A stretch of 64,000 nt of DNA from Ignavibacteria bacterium (GTDB taxonomy: Bacteria > Bacteroidota > Ignavibacteria > DATCTW01): positions 37,488-101,487 of the forward strand of contig DATCTW010000054.1 in assembly GCA_036567745.1 (NCBI GenBank), given 5' to 3'. Position numbers and translations under genes: made by a program. Below, in pieces: positions 26,812-38,500 of the stretch (its first letter is position 1; every line of letters begins with the position of its first letter). The notes under the pieces were generated by a model, which had not been told where the DNA came from, ran no database searches, and worked only from the letters and a program-made list of their open reading frames with translations.

Positions 26812-27507
26812 CTATAGTATACCCTTATTTATAAGCTCTTCTTTAACTTGATATAATTTCCACCATGGTTTATCTGGTCTATAGTGATGTTCATAATGAT
26901 AACCAAAAAAGTAACAAGATATAAAAGCCAACAAATGATTCTTTCTTTGAGTTCTTGAATTATAAGGTTGCATTTCTTCTGTATGTGGTAATTTGTGAGG
27001 TCTGTAAGTTCCAAAATAGAATAATTGAAAAGTAGAAAGTATTGCTGGAACAACCCAAAATGACCATATAGATAGTTCAGTAAATTTTATTTTTAATAAG
27101 TTGAATATAATTGCCATTATAATAATTTGTGTAAAACTTAGATATCTATACATAAAAAAGGCAAACCACAAGAATGGATTTTGATGTTTCGTACTATAAT
27201 CTGGATCATTTTCTGAACCAACAAAAGCATGGTGTTTTTTATGGTTATTTACAAGCTTTTTATATGATAATCCTGCAAATAAAAAACTGGATATATAACC
27301 AATCAACTTATTTATTATTCTATTAGATGAAATAGCATTATGCATTGCATCATGGCCTGTAATAAATAGTCCTGTAAATAGAAAAATCTGAAGAAGAAAA
27401 TGGAAATAAAATGAAAAAGAGAACAAATTGATATTTACATAAGATAAGGAATATATTAAATTAAATATCCATAAAACAATAATAATTATTGAAATTACTA
27501 CACCCAT
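26812..27507 (-). CDS. crtW: beta-carotene ketolase, CrtW-type di-iron membrane oxygenase
   Basis: Three His boxes 'HDAMH', 'HKKHHAFVGSENDPDY', 'FGYHYEHHYRPDKPWW' matching the CrtW pattern; sits in the carotenoid operon. Confidence 0.7.
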   Translation of the reverse strand: MGVVISIIIIVLWIFNLIYSLSYVNINLFSFSFYFHFLLQIFLFTGLFITGHDAMHNAISSNRIINKLIGYISSFLFAGLSYKKLVNNHKKHHAFVGSENDPDYSTKHQNPFLWFAFFMYRYLSFTQIIIMAIIFNLLKIKFTELSIWSFWVVPAILSTFQLFYFGTYRPHKLPHTEEMQPYNSRTQRKNHLLAFISCYFFGYHYEHHYRPDKPWWKLYQVKEELINKGIL

Positions 27508-27512
27508 AAGAT

Positions 27513-28433
27513 TTAAGTTTCTTTTAATATTTTGTTATTAGAAATTATGTTATTGTTTTTTGAAAAGGCTGCTTTGATAAAATAGTTCATACTATAAAAT
27601 ATTTTTTCAAATGTAGAAAGATATATTCTTTTACTAAACACATTATAATTAGCTTTTTCAATTTTATTTAAAATTGCAGAATATGTTTTAGCCATTATTA
27701 TTACGGTTGAACGGGATCCATCATTAGTTAAATAAGGAAATCCATTTAAGCCATCCTGGTAAAAAGATCTTGCTCGTTCAATCTGGAATTTCATTAGGTT
27801 GATGAAGTTATTATTAATTATTTTGTTTTTTAGTTCTTCTTTTGAATAATTAAATCTTTTTAAATCTTCAGCAGGTAAATAATATCTATCCATTTCAGTA
27901 TCTTCTTTTATATCTCTTAGTATGTTTGTAAGTTGCATTGCAATGCCTAATGATTCAGCATATTTTAGAGCCTCGATAGATGTTATGCTAAAAATATGAG
28001 TCATTATCAAACCAACAATAGAAGCTACATGATAACAGTATTTCCTTAATTCTGAAAAAGTTTCAAAAGAAACTTTTTTATTATCGAATTCTAATCCAAT
28101 TAGTAAATCATAAAAGTATTTATTTGGTATATTATAATAGTTTACTACATAAGATAGAGAATAAAATCTATCATCTTTTTCAAGATCTCCGGTATATATT
28201 TTATCTATTATTTGCTTCAATTCTAATATCTTTTTTGATTTTTCTGTTGTAGATAAGTTTGAACTATCCATTATATTATCAGAATATCTACAGAAATCAT
28301 AAACTGAATAAGCTGCGTATCTTTTATCTTTAGGCAAAAAAAAGGAAGAGAAATAAAAGCTTTTTGCATAATATCTGGTCGTTTCTTTACTTTTATTAAA
28401 TGAGAGCTGCAGTGCTTTATCTTTCGTATTCAA
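27513..28433 (-). CDS. crtB: phytoene synthase
   Basis: Squalene/phytoene synthase signatures 'YAKSFYFSSFFLP', 'YDFCRYSDNIMD', 'LGIAMQLTNILRDIKED'. Confidence 0.85.
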   Translation of the reverse strand: MNTKDKALQLSFNKSKETTRYYAKSFYFSSFFLPKDKRYAAYSVYDFCRYSDNIMDSSNLSTTEKSKKILELKQIIDKIYTGDLEKDDRFYSLSYVVNYYNIPNKYFYDLLIGLEFDNKKVSFETFSELRKYCYHVASIVGLIMTHIFSITSIEALKYAESLGIAMQLTNILRDIKEDTEMDRYYLPAEDLKRFNYSKEELKNKIINNNFINLMKFQIERARSFYQDGLNGFPYLTNDGSRSTVIIMAKTYSAILNKIEKANYNVFSKRIYLSTFEKIFYSMNYFIKAAFSKNNNIISNNKILKET

Positions 28434-28465
28434 TGAAATACCCTTTCGGATTAAAAACTTATGTT

Positions 28466-29965
28466 TTAATTTGTTATTATTAATCTTTCTACAATTTTAG
28501 CAGAAGAAATTACACCTGGCAACCCTGCTCCAGGGTGAGTTCCTGCACCAACAAAAAACAAGTTTTCAATATCTTCACTTTTATTATGAGGTCTAAACCA
28601 AGCGGATTGAGTTAATGTTGGTTGAAAAGAAAAAGCAGACCCCAAATAACAATTATAATGATTTCTGAAGAATACTGGATCAATGTGAAATTTAACAGAT
28701 ATATTATTTTTTAAGTCTGGTAAGTAATTTTTCTCCAGAAAATCAATTATTTTTTCAGAGTATTCTAAAGATACTTTATTCCAATTAATATCTGCTTTAA
28801 GATTTGGAACAGGAGATAATGCATAAAAAAGTGAAGTGCCATGAGGAGCTATAGATTTATCATGTTTAGTTGGCATATAAACATAAAGTGAAAAATCATC
28901 TGGTAAACTCTTCCCATTAAATATTTCGTTAATTAATTCCTTATAGCGTTTCGATAAAATAATATTATGGTGTTCGAGAGTAGAATCAGAATAATCTTTA
29001 TTTGCACCAAAGTAAAGAACAAATAGGGACATACTATGTTTCATTTTATCAATTTTTGTGCTTGAATATTTTTTTAATACTCTTTGATTTACCATATTTA
29101 GATAAGTATAAGAAATGTCAGAATTTGCGATAATGTAATCTGCATTAATAATTTTACCATCAAATAATTTGATACCCTGTGCTCTTTTGCCCTGTAGAGT
29201 TATTTCTTTTACTTCAGTATTATATTCTATCTTGCCACCTAAATCATAGATTAGCTTTTCAAGAGCTTTGACAAGTGCACCCAAACCTCCTTCTGCATAG
29301 TGAACACCCCACCTACGTTCGAGATAGTGAATCAGCGAATAAATTGAGGAGGTATTGAACGGATTTCCTCCTATAAGTAATGGATGAAAAGTAAAACATC
29401 TTCGCAAAAATTCGTTTTCTATGTAACTTGATACATACTTATAAACACTTTTGTATGATTTCAACCAAATAAGATGTGGTGCAACCTTTAGCATGTCGGA
29501 GAATTTTAAAAATGGTTTATCTGCTAATTCTACAAAACCTTTTTCAAAAATTGGCTTAGTTTTTTCAATAAATTTATCATATCCATATATGTCGTTATAA
29601 TTAAACTTTGAGATTTGAGCATGAATAAAATCATCTTCTGAATTGTATTCAAAGTATTTACCATCTTCATTAAATATTCTATAAAAAGGGTTAAGAGGTT
29701 TAAGAGATACATAATTATTAATATCTTTATCAGCTAAACTAAAAAGTTCCTCTAACAAAAAGGGAGCGGTAATGACTGTTGGGCCAGCATCAAACTTGAA
29801 TCCGTTTTTTTCAAATACGTACGCTTTTCCACCTGGTTTATTTTGTTTTTCAAATATCGTTACGTCATAGCCACGGGCAAGCAATCTGATAGCTACAGAT
29901 AATCCCCCAAAACCACTACCAATAATTACTATTTTTTTGGACATTTTTTCTTCGAGTACTCCCAA
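28466..29965 (-). CDS. crtI: phytoene desaturase
   Basis: N-terminal FAD fold 'IVIIGSGFGGLSVAIRL...GGKA'; C-terminal 'FFVGAGTHPGAGLPGV' typical of CrtI. Confidence 0.85.
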   Translation of the reverse strand: MGVLEEKMSKKIVIIGSGFGGLSVAIRLLARGYDVTIFEKQNKPGGKAYVFEKNGFKFDAGPTVITAPFLLEELFSLADKDINNYVSLKPLNPFYRIFNEDGKYFEYNSEDDFIHAQISKFNYNDIYGYDKFIEKTKPIFEKGFVELADKPFLKFSDMLKVAPHLIWLKSYKSVYKYVSSYIENEFLRRCFTFHPLLIGGNPFNTSSIYSLIHYLERRWGVHYAEGGLGALVKALEKLIYDLGGKIEYNTEVKEITLQGKRAQGIKLFDGKIINADYIIANSDISYTYLNMVNQRVLKKYSSTKIDKMKHSMSLFVLYFGANKDYSDSTLEHHNIILSKRYKELINEIFNGKSLPDDFSLYVYMPTKHDKSIAPHGTSLFYALSPVPNLKADINWNKVSLEYSEKIIDFLEKNYLPDLKNNISVKFHIDPVFFRNHYNCYLGSAFSFQPTLTQSAWFRPHNKSEDIENLFFVGAGTHPGAGLPGVISSAKIVERLIITN

Positions 29966-30231
29966 ATTATTAAATTAAAGTATATTAAACTGAACCCAAA
30001 CAAAAAATCTTCTACAGGTATGCTAAAAATTCTTAAGCCTAGATTGAAATCAGAATTGTAGAGAACTATTGGTCTACTTGTTAAGTAGCCATTTACAATA
30101 AGCATAAAAATAATCATTACTAACCAAAAAATTGCAAAACTTCTTTTTCTAAACAAAAAAGTTTTAAGTTTTAGATCCAGTAAAAAAGCTATAAAAGTTG
30201 ATATTATTGTTAAAAAAGTATACTCTTTCAA
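29929..30231 (-). CDS. lycopene cyclase domain protein (heterodimeric CrtYcd-type subunit)
   Basis: About 100-aa membrane protein with 'PVEDFLFGFSLIYFNLIIWE' (PxE(E/D) motif); adjacent paralogous half. Confidence 0.7.
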   Translation of the reverse strand: MKEYTFLTIISTFIAFLLDLKLKTFLFRKRSFAIFWLVMIIFMLIVNGYLTSRPIVLYNSDFNLGLRIFSIPVEDFLFGFSLIYFNLIIWEYSKKKCPKK

Positions 30232-30536
30232 TTCTCTTTAGTATAATATTTTACACTTTCCCAAACGAATAAAGATACAAAAGGTATAATTATAAAAAAT
30301 AAAATTTCTTCAATCGGTATATTAAATACAAAAATATTAACAATTTTATCTAAAGCAAAGTTCCAATGGCCCCTTTGAATTGCAAAATAATCCCAAGTGA
30401 GATATAAAATTAAAGGTATAATAATAGAAAAAAATAATGGTTGTAAGTTACGATAGAATTTTAGTTCTTTACTAAAACTCATTATCAGTGGAATAATTAA
30501 AGTAAATCCTAATACTAAAAGATATTCATATTGCAT
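30228..30536 (-). CDS. lycopene cyclase domain protein (second CrtYcd-type subunit)
   Basis: About 102-aa membrane protein with 'PIEEILFFIIIPFVSLFVWE'; overlaps neighbours by a few nt (operon). Confidence 0.7.
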   Translation of the reverse strand: MQYEYLLVLGFTLIIPLIMSFSKELKFYRNLQPLFFSIIIPLILYLTWDYFAIQRGHWNFALDKIVNIFVFNIPIEEILFFIIIPFVSLFVWESVKYYTKEN

Positions 30537-31323
30537 CTTTATACTTTCTTTTAATTGTCCTTATTACTGAAATCATAAGTAAAAAACCAGCTAAAGTATA
30601 AAGCCAGTATCCATTTGCTAAATTAATAATTAAAAATTGTAAAATTAAAATTATCATTAGCAATGAAGGTAAAGAAATAATATTAAAATTATTCAATGGT
30701 AGAAATTTTATGCTTCTATTTAACATATAAACAAAAGTAAAACCCATTATAAACCATGTAAGAAAGTTTTGAAACGGTATAAAATTATTTTTCCAGATCC
30801 AATATTTATTTATAAAAGAACCAAAAGGTTCTAACATAATATCAAAAGATAAAATGATAAAAGCAGCACTTAAAGGAATTGTAAAACTATTTTTAGGATT
30901 AGGTATTAAATATCGACAAATCAAGAAAGAATTTATCACAATATAAAGCCATGATAGAGTTATTGCAAGAGGAACAGAGCCTGGTAGAAAAGGGATAAAA
31001 TATTCTGAATAGTAATACTCACCAAAAAGGTACCCGGTTTTTAAACCAATTGCTTCAAGAGCTGTAGAAAGTATAAATATAGCACCAACAAAAAAAATAC
31101 TTGTGATCTTTTCTGTTATCGAAACGAAATAAAGTATCGAAATAACTGCTATTATTGATAAATATAAGGATGCCACCCAAAAGAAATTTTCAGTTATTAA
31201 ACCTCTTAACATAAAAATTATACCAAAAGGAAATAAGATAAGGAGTAGAATAAATAGGAACTTAATTGTTATAGCTAATATTCGATTATTATTTGGAATT
31301 ATTATATTCAGTATAGAATTCAT
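30526..31323 (-). CDS. polytopic membrane protein in the carotenoid operon (candidate CruF-like carotenoid 1',2'-hydratase)
   Basis: Six to eight predicted TM helices; functional guess rests on position in the operon only. Confidence 0.35.
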   Translation of the reverse strand: MNSILNIIIPNNNRILAITIKFLFILLLILFPFGIIFMLRGLITENFFWVASLYLSIIAVISILYFVSITEKITSIFFVGAIFILSTALEAIGLKTGYLFGEYYYSEYFIPFLPGSVPLAITLSWLYIVINSFLICRYLIPNPKNSFTIPLSAAFIILSFDIMLEPFGSFINKYWIWKNNFIPFQNFLTWFIMGFTFVYMLNRSIKFLPLNNFNIISLPSLLMIILILQFLIINLANGYWLYTLAGFLLMISVIRTIKRKYKDAI

Positions 31324-31837
31324 TAATCACCTTTTCAAAAAAAATATTCATATCTTCTTCAAGTTTATCTCGCATTTTATTGCTAATAAAATTTTGACCT
31401 AATAGTGGTGCTAAAAAATGTATATCACTCCCTTTTTCACGTACAGTTTTAATTATCATCTTAATCTTTAATTCGGTTTTATTTATATCAATTTGAGTAA
31501 GTGATGCCTGGCAAAACATATAATCATTACTATTATTTAAAGTCTCATAAATTAAAACACCTTTTTGAGGACTTCTTTCTTCTAAAATATAAGTGGTTTT
31601 GTAATTTTTTGAAAGAGGCATATCAATTTCGTAAGTCCAGGATGTTCTTTTATTGTCTATCCTTTTTACATCTATCATCCCTGGATAATATTTTTGATAA
31701 ATTGATAAGTCTCGTAGTTTAAGATCAAGGTAATCATAAGGTAAATTGATAATTTGAGATTTTTCAACTTCAGCGTAAATTGTAAAACTGTTTGTACAAA
31801 GAAAGAATAGATTTAAAATTATTAACAAGCAATTCAT
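31289..31837 (-). CDS. hypothetical secreted protein in the carotenoid operon
   Basis: Signal peptide; no recognisable motif. Confidence 0.35.
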   Translation of the reverse strand: MNCLLIILNLFFLCTNSFTIYAEVEKSQIINLPYDYLDLKLRDLSIYQKYYPGMIDVKRIDNKRTSWTYEIDMPLSKNYKTTYILEERSPQKGVLIYETLNNSNDYMFCQASLTQIDINKTELKIKMIIKTVREKGSDIHFLAPLLGQNFISNKMRDKLEEDMNIFFEKVINEFYTEYNNSK

Positions 31838-31839
31838 AA

Positions 31840-32976
31840 TTATTTTATTTTATAGTTTCGATTTTTCCAATTAGTTTTACCATAAAAAACAGTTAAATAA
31901 AAAGATCTTGTTGCTAGTATAAGCATTACAAGTATTCCAATTGGATGCAAAAAAATTGAAAAGAAACTTTGTTTAAATCTTATATACAATAATAATCTCA
32001 TTATATAGATAATAAAAATTTGTATTAAAAGCAAATAAAAAATTGTAGAATCAAAAATTTGGTATAAAAAGTAGATAAATATACCAACAAATGGATAAAC
32101 AAAAAGAAATAAATTTACAAGGCACATTACAATTAAAATTGTAAACGAATTTCCAATACCTGCAGAAATGTTTTTTGAAAAGCCAATAATTATATCTTTC
32201 ATACTAGAATACATTCTACAAGAAATTAGATCTACACCATCCAGCAATCTCAATTTAAGGTTATTTTCTTTAATTTTTCTTGCGAGATGAATATCCTCAA
32301 TAATAGATGATTTTACAGATATGTGTCCACCAATTTTATCGTAAGCTGACCTTTTAAATAAAAGATATTGCCCAATTGAAGCAGAAAACCTTGGAAACCG
32401 ATTATATTTTAACATAAACATCGGAAGAAATACAAATAATACAAAGTAAAGAAGAGGAACAAGTAATTTTTCCGATAAAGAAGTCATTTCTTGTCTAGGT
32501 ATTACTGATAAAAGGTCTGCATTCGTTAATTTTGAATACTCAACTATCTTTTTTAAAGATTGTGGATGGTGAACTGTATCTGCATCTGTAAATAGCAAAT
32601 AGTTTCCTGAAGCATGATCAGATAATATTTTACAAGCGTAATTTTTACCAATCCATCCTTCAGGAAGTGAGTGATTTTCAATAATTTTTATTTTTTGATT
32701 ATTACTGAACTTTTTTAATATTTCACCTGTATTATCTTCAGAGTCGTCATTTAAAACTATGATTTCATATTTTGAGTAATCTAATGAAAGGAGAGATTTT
32801 ATACATTTTTCTGCATTTTTTTCTTCATTTCTCATTGGTACTAAAATTGATACGAAAGGATATTCAAAAAGTTTACAGGATATATTTATTCCTCTTTTTA
32901 TTAAGAATAAATTCCAAATTAGAATAGTTAAAAATGAAAAGAGAAAAACAATAATTAAAATATTAAAGTATAGCAT
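31840..32976 (-). CDS. family 2 glycosyltransferase, membrane-bound (CruC-like carotenoid glycosyltransferase candidate)
   Basis: GT-A signatures 'ISILVPMRNEE', 'IIVLNDDSEDNTGEIL', 'FTDADTV'; C-terminal TM helices; operon context. Confidence 0.7.
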   Translation of the reverse strand: MLYFNILIIVFLFSFLTILIWNLFLIKRGINISCKLFEYPFVSILVPMRNEEKNAEKCIKSLLSLDYSKYEIIVLNDDSEDNTGEILKKFSNNQKIKIIENHSLPEGWIGKNYACKILSDHASGNYLLFTDADTVHHPQSLKKIVEYSKLTNADLLSVIPRQEMTSLSEKLLVPLLYFVLFVFLPMFMLKYNRFPRFSASIGQYLLFKRSAYDKIGGHISVKSSIIEDIHLARKIKENNLKLRLLDGVDLISCRMYSSMKDIIIGFSKNISAGIGNSFTILIVMCLVNLFLFVYPFVGIFIYFLYQIFDSTIFYLLLIQIFIIYIMRLLLYIRFKQSFFSIFLHPIGILVMLILATRSFYLTVFYGKTNWKNRNYKIK

Positions 32977-32986
32977 ATAGAATTAA

Positions 32987-33721
32987 TTAGTCAATTACAC
33001 TTTTTCTTCTAAAGTTGTGGAAGGAATTACTTATTGATGTTTTTCCTTTAATTATTTCTAAGTATTCGTCAAACTTTTTGTTTGAAATATTATTTTTTTG
33101 CAATTCGAGATCATCAACTAAAATATTAAGTAATTTATTTGTCAATAGTTTGTGATTGAAATTTGGATTTATAAATTCTACAGGTTTTGAAATTGAAATA
33201 AAAATTTCTGGTCTCTGCTCTTCGATAAATTCATAATGAAATGTTATAGGTATTGCTTGAACTTTAGATGTTTTGTTGATAATTCTTGCAATCCCTGTAT
33301 AAAACCTGATAGGCCTATATTGAGAGGGTAACATTTCACCTTGAGGAAAAATCCATATTGCATTGTTTCCATTATTTAAAATTTGAGCTGCAAAATCTAT
33401 ACTTTTAAGAGCGCTACGTGCGTTATTTCTATCAATTGAAAAGGTACCAAACTTTGAAAAAAATGGGTATTTTTTTAGTTGAACTATATCCATAATAGCA
33501 TAGCCATTCAATCTCCATCTTATTACAGATAAATAAAAGACAATTATTGGATCCCACCAGCAAGAATGATTCATATAAAATATAATTGGATATTTGTTTA
33601 TAATGTTTTTTATTTTTTCTTCTCCTCTTAAGTGCAATTTTGCGAAATGTTTTTTTAATATCATAATTACATAAAATGAAAATAATTTTTGTAGAAATCT
33701 ATTTTTTTGAGGGTAAATCAT
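32987..33721 (-). CDS. lysophospholipid/PlsC-family acyltransferase (CruD-like carotenoid-glycoside acyltransferase candidate)
   Basis: HX4D acyltransferase motif 'NHSCWWDP' and 'FPQGE' block; first gene of the carotenoid operon. Confidence 0.65.
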   Translation of the reverse strand: MIYPQKNRFLQKLFSFYVIMILKKHFAKLHLRGEEKIKNIINKYPIIFYMNHSCWWDPIIVFYLSVIRWRLNGYAIMDIVQLKKYPFFSKFGTFSIDRNNARSALKSIDFAAQILNNGNNAIWIFPQGEMLPSQYRPIRFYTGIARIINKTSKVQAIPITFHYEFIEEQRPEIFISISKPVEFINPNFNHKLLTNKLLNILVDDLELQKNNISNKKFDEYLEIIKGKTSISNSFHNFRRKSVID

Positions 33722-33811
33722 AATTTTAATTATGAAATTGATATTAATAAAATATTTTTTTATTTTTTAAAATAAGGAAAAAAAGTAATATTATCAAGAA
33801 AAGAGATTTTT

Positions 33812-35464
33812 ATGACAACAAAATCAATTTCTGCACCGCGTGGTATAAAATTAACTTGCAAAGGATGGCTACAAGAAGCTGCATTGAGAATGCTGATGAA
33901 TAATCTTGATCGAGAAGTAGCTGAAAAACCTGAAGAGTTAATTGTATATGGTGGCAAAGGTAAAGCTGCCAGAAATTGGGAATGCTATGAGGCTATAATT
34001 AAAGCTTTAACAGACCTCGAAAATGATGAGACTTTATTGATTCAATCAGGAAAACCCGTAGGAATTTTTAGAACTCATTTAGATGCCCCAAGAGTAATAA
34101 TCTCAAATTCTATGCTTGTTCCTGCCTGGGCTAATTGGGATGAATTTCGAAGACTTGAGAATTTAGGGTTAACTATGTACGGTCAAATGACTGCAGGAAG
34201 TTGGATTTATATTGGCTCTCAGGGTATATTACAGGGGACTTATGAAACTTTTGCTGCTTGTGGAGAAAAATATTTTAAAGGAGATTTATCCGGAAAAGTA
34301 ATTGTATCCTCTGGACTTGGGGGGATGGGAGGTGCTCAACCTTTAGCTGCAACTATGAATGGTGCAATATTTCTTGGAATTGAAGTAGATGAAGAAAGAA
34401 TAGAAAAGCGATTAAAAACAAAATATGTAGATTTTAAATCAAATGATCTTGATGAAGCACTGGTTTTAATTAATAAAGCTAAAGAAAAGAAAGAAGCAAT
34501 TTCGATTGCTTTACTTGGTAATGCAGCTGATATTATCCCAGAACTGGTTAAAAGAAATTTTGTACCTGATATTCTAACCGATCAAACATCTGCCCATGAC
34601 ACTTTAAATGGTTATGTGCCTAATGGCTTGCCATATAAAGAAGCATTACAACTTAGAAAAGAAAACCCTCAGAAATATATTGCACTTGCCAAACAGTCGA
34701 TAGTAACTCATCTGAAAGCAATGCTTGAATTACAAAAAAGAGGAGCTATTACTTTTGATTACGGTAATAATATTAGGGGTGAGGCAAAAGCTAATGGAGT
34801 TGATAATGCTTTTGATATACCAGGGTTTGTTCCAGAGTATATTAGGCCATTATTCTGTGATGGGAAAGGGCCATTCAGATGGGTAGCTTTAAGTGGAAAT
34901 CCTGAAGATATTTATAGGACTGATCAGGCAATTATTGATACATTCCCTGAAAATAAATCTTTAATAAGATGGATTGAAAAAGCACAAAAATTAATTACCT
35001 TCCAGGGCTTACCTGCAAGAATTTGTTGGTTAGGTTATGGTGAAAGAGCTAAAATGGGTAAAATTTTTAATGATCTTGTTGCAAGTGGGGAAGTATCTGC
35101 TCCTATAGTTATTGGGCGTGATCATTTAGATTGCGGTTCTGTTGCTTCACCAAATAGGGAAACCGAAAAAATGCTTGATGGTAGTGATGCTATAGCAGAT
35201 TGGCCTATTTTAAATGCACTTCTAAATGCAATTGGAGGCGCAAGTTGGGTTTCAGTTCATCATGGGGGTGGTGTTGGAATAGGACTCTCCATTCATGCTG
35301 GAATGGTTATAGTGGCTGACGGTACAAAAGAAGCAGAAAAAAGACTTGAAAGAGTATTAACTTATGATCCGGGAATGGGTATTATTAGACATGCTGATGC
35401 AGGTTACGAAAAAGCTATTTCTAATGCCAAAAAGTTTAATATAAAAATTCCAATGTTAAAATAA
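33812..35464 (+). CDS. hutU: urocanate hydratase
   Basis: Full-length match to the urocanase pattern ('[22 protein letters not shown]', '[15 protein letters not shown]', NAD-binding GGMGGAQP). Confidence 0.9.
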   Translation: MTTKSISAPRGIKLTCKGWLQEAALRMLMNNLDREVAEKPEELIVYGGKGKAARNWECYEAIIKALTDLENDETLLIQSGKPVGIFRTHLDAPRVIISNSMLVPAWANWDEFRRLENLGLTMYGQMTAGSWIYIGSQGILQGTYETFAACGEKYFKGDLSGKVIVSSGLGGMGGAQPLAATMNGAIFLGIEVDEERIEKRLKTKYVDFKSNDLDEALVLINKAKEKKEAISIALLGNAADIIPELVKRNFVPDILTDQTSAHDTLNGYVPNGLPYKEALQLRKENPQKYIALAKQSIVTHLKAMLELQKRGAITFDYGNNIRGEAKANGVDNAFDIPGFVPEYIRPLFCDGKGPFRWVALSGNPEDIYRTDQAIIDTFPENKSLIRWIEKAQKLITFQGLPARICWLGYGERAKMGKIFNDLVASGEVSAPIVIGRDHLDCGSVASPNRETEKMLDGSDAIADWPILNALLNAIGGASWVSVHHGGGVGIGLSIHAGMVIVADGTKEAEKRLERVLTYDPGMGIIRHADAGYEKAISNAKKFNIKIPMLK

Positions 35465-35476
35465 ATTTGATATATT

Positions 35477-35505
35477 TAATTGTGCCCGATTTACTCGGGC
35501 ACAAT
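35477..35505. terminator. hairpin between convergent genes (possible bidirectional terminator)
   Basis: Inverted repeat aattgtgcccga-tttac-tcgggcacaatt; T-run weak. Confidence 0.4.
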
Positions 35506-35516
35506 TATGATGAAAA

Positions 35517-38500
35517 TTATTTAATAAACATCATTTTTCTTGTTTGAGAAAAGTTGTTTACTTTCAAAATATAAAAATATACTCCGCTTGTAAGATCTTT
35601 TGGTATAAAATCAATTGAATAAGTGCCAGCAGGTTTGTATTCATTAACTAATTCTTCAACTTCTCTTCCATAGATATCAAATAGTTTTAGAGATACAAAT
35701 CCATTTTCTTTTATAGCATAATATATTCTTGTACTAGGATTAAATGGATTGGGATAATTTTGTTTTAACTCGTAACTTAAAGGTATCTCATTTTTATCGT
35801 TTACCTGAACGTTGGTTGTGGCTTCAGCTAAAATTACAATTTCATTATTTGATGTAATATCATTTGATAAAACTTTGATTTTTGCATCTTTTACACCAAT
35901 TGTTTTTGCTGTAAATTTTACTGTTACACTATCACTTTGACCTTCAGCTATATTATAGGGGTATGTTTTGTTTATTATTTCAAATTCAGAAGCATTATTA
36001 CCTGTTACCGTTATTCCAGATATTGTAAGAATTGCATTCCCAGAATTACCTATTCTAAAACCACTATACTTAATGTTATCTTTCATCACTTTTCCGAAAT
36101 CAACCTTTTGAGAAAGAATCATATTAGGTGCTGCTCCTAAACCAAATAAAGGTATTAACTTTTCAGGAATATTGGGGTCATTTGTTTTTAATTTTAAAAC
36201 AGAACTATAATTCTTTGGCTCATTAGGTGAAAACTTTATTACAATTATTTTTTCTTCTGCGGGTTGAATTTGAATTGGTAATGGAATATAGTTAACAAAA
36301 AATCCATCTGCGTTTATAAGTGAAACTGAGTCAACAATAAGAGTAGATAATCCATTATTTCTAATTTTTAAAGTTTTAATAGAACTATCTTTAACATTTA
36401 CTTTATTGAAATTAAAAGCAGAATCTGATAGTGTCATGATTGGGAATGATGAGTTGCCATTTAACAATATCTCGAAAATTGGTTTTTGTAAATCATTACT
36501 TTTAATTCTTAAAATTGCATTTGCTTGAGATAAACTTGATTGATATCTTATTACAATATTATCTGATTCACCAGCTAATAATGTAAAAGGAACAGATTTA
36601 CCGATTATTGAGAATCTATTCTTATTAGTGCCAATAATGTTCAATGAATCTATCACAAGAGGGGCATTCCCATTATTTTTGATAGAAATAATAGTATCTT
36701 TATAAAATCCAGTATTGACATATCCAAAATCTATTATGTTATAAGCTAAATAAAGAGAAGGTAATGAAGCTGTTTTTCCTGTACCTTTCAAAATGATATA
36801 ATCTTCTGGTTTATTTTGGTCATTACTTGTTATTACGAGTCTAGCGTATCTTAAACCAGTATCAGAGGGGATAAAGCTTACCTTGATATTTTTTTCTTCA
36901 TTTGGAGCTAAAACTATGTTATTGTAATTTGCTCCTAAAATAAAATCAGTATAAAATGCACCATCAAGATATATATTACCAATTTCAAGATTAGAGTTTC
37001 CATTATTTTTTATTACTATTTCAGTATCAGATTTTCCACCAATATCAGTTGTATTGTATTGAATTGTACTGACATATTTATATAAAGATGCATATTTAAC
37101 GTTGGCAATAATTGGTATGTTTAATATACTTAACGATGGATCATTTGAGTTTATACTAAGTTGTGCACTCTTATTTCCTCCAGGTAACGATGCATTAAAT
37201 CTAAATTTTACTGTATCAGATTGATTGAAAAGTAATGTTTTTGGAGAGTTATTAATGATAAACCCAAAACTTGAGTTATCACTTCCAGTGAATGAAAAAG
37301 ATGATAATATTAAATCGAGGTTGCCTGTATTTGTAATGATGAGAGTTGTATCTTTATATTTGCCTGCAACGCAGTCTCCCAGATTTATTGATGAATAATT
37401 TGTAGAAATTACAGCTTTGCCTCCTCCAAAACCAGTTAAGTTGATAGTTCTTATTGGAGTAAGATCATTACTTGTAATTGTGAGTGTTGCGTTTTTTATG
37501 CCGGCTGTATGAGGATAAAATAGTATTTGAACTGTATCATTAGCACCACTCTGCAATGATACATTAGTTTTTTTATTTAATATCTTAAAAGAAACTGTAT
37601 CCCCTGTGATAACTTTATCAAATAATGTAACAGTTACATTTGTTTTATTAAATGATGACTGTTTTAGTAAAGTTGAGGAGTTGTGGATTATCAAGTTTAA
37701 AGTCTTGCTTACCTGACCAATAAAAGTGCTATCAAAATTGATTGAAGAAGGTGTAAAAGTTAAATATGATTGTTGAACATTTGCGCTTACTGTAATAGTA
37801 AAACTAGTGTTATTCTTTGAGTTATTGTTGATTGTAATAGTTCCTGTTTTTACACCTAAAATATTAGGTTTTAACCTTATTGTGATGTAATATTTTTCGG
37901 ATGGATTTAGGATTACACCACTTGAAGGTAATGTAGTTGTAATTTCAAAGGAAGAGTCAGCAGTTGCTAATCCCACAGAGAATATTTTAAGTTTATAAGA
38001 ACCAGTGTTTGTTATTTCAATTGTAGAATCTTTATTGCCCGAACCTATTCCTACGACCCCAAAATTAATTGTAGTTTTATTTGCAGCTATTATCGAACCA
38101 AATACTTTTCCAGTTACATTCAAATTTGCTGTAGGTTGATTGCCTGAATTATTGTTGAAAGTGATTGTTCCTGAAAAAGTGCCAACAGAATCAGGGTTAA
38201 ATCTTATTTTAATATTTTTACTGCTATTAGGTGATACTTTAATAGGTAACGTTTCATTTAGTGAAAACTTATTGTTACCTCCTGTATATACTACAGATGT
38301 GATAACTAATGAATCAGTTAATGATGTGTTTGTAATTAACAGTAAAGAATCACTTGGCGTAGACAAAAATCCTAATGAATCAAAGTTTATTGTGGTTTTA
38401 TTTTGACTCCAGACTGAGCTACTTGCAATTCCATTACCACTTAAAGGCACATTCAAAGTCGCCCCGGCACCACCATAAGAAATTATTAGGTTTGCACTTT

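Noticed and set aside
35477-35505. Possible regulatory palindrome/operator between hutU and the T9SS cargo gene
   Set aside because: It lies between two convergent gene ends, so it is more simply a terminator hairpin than an operator.
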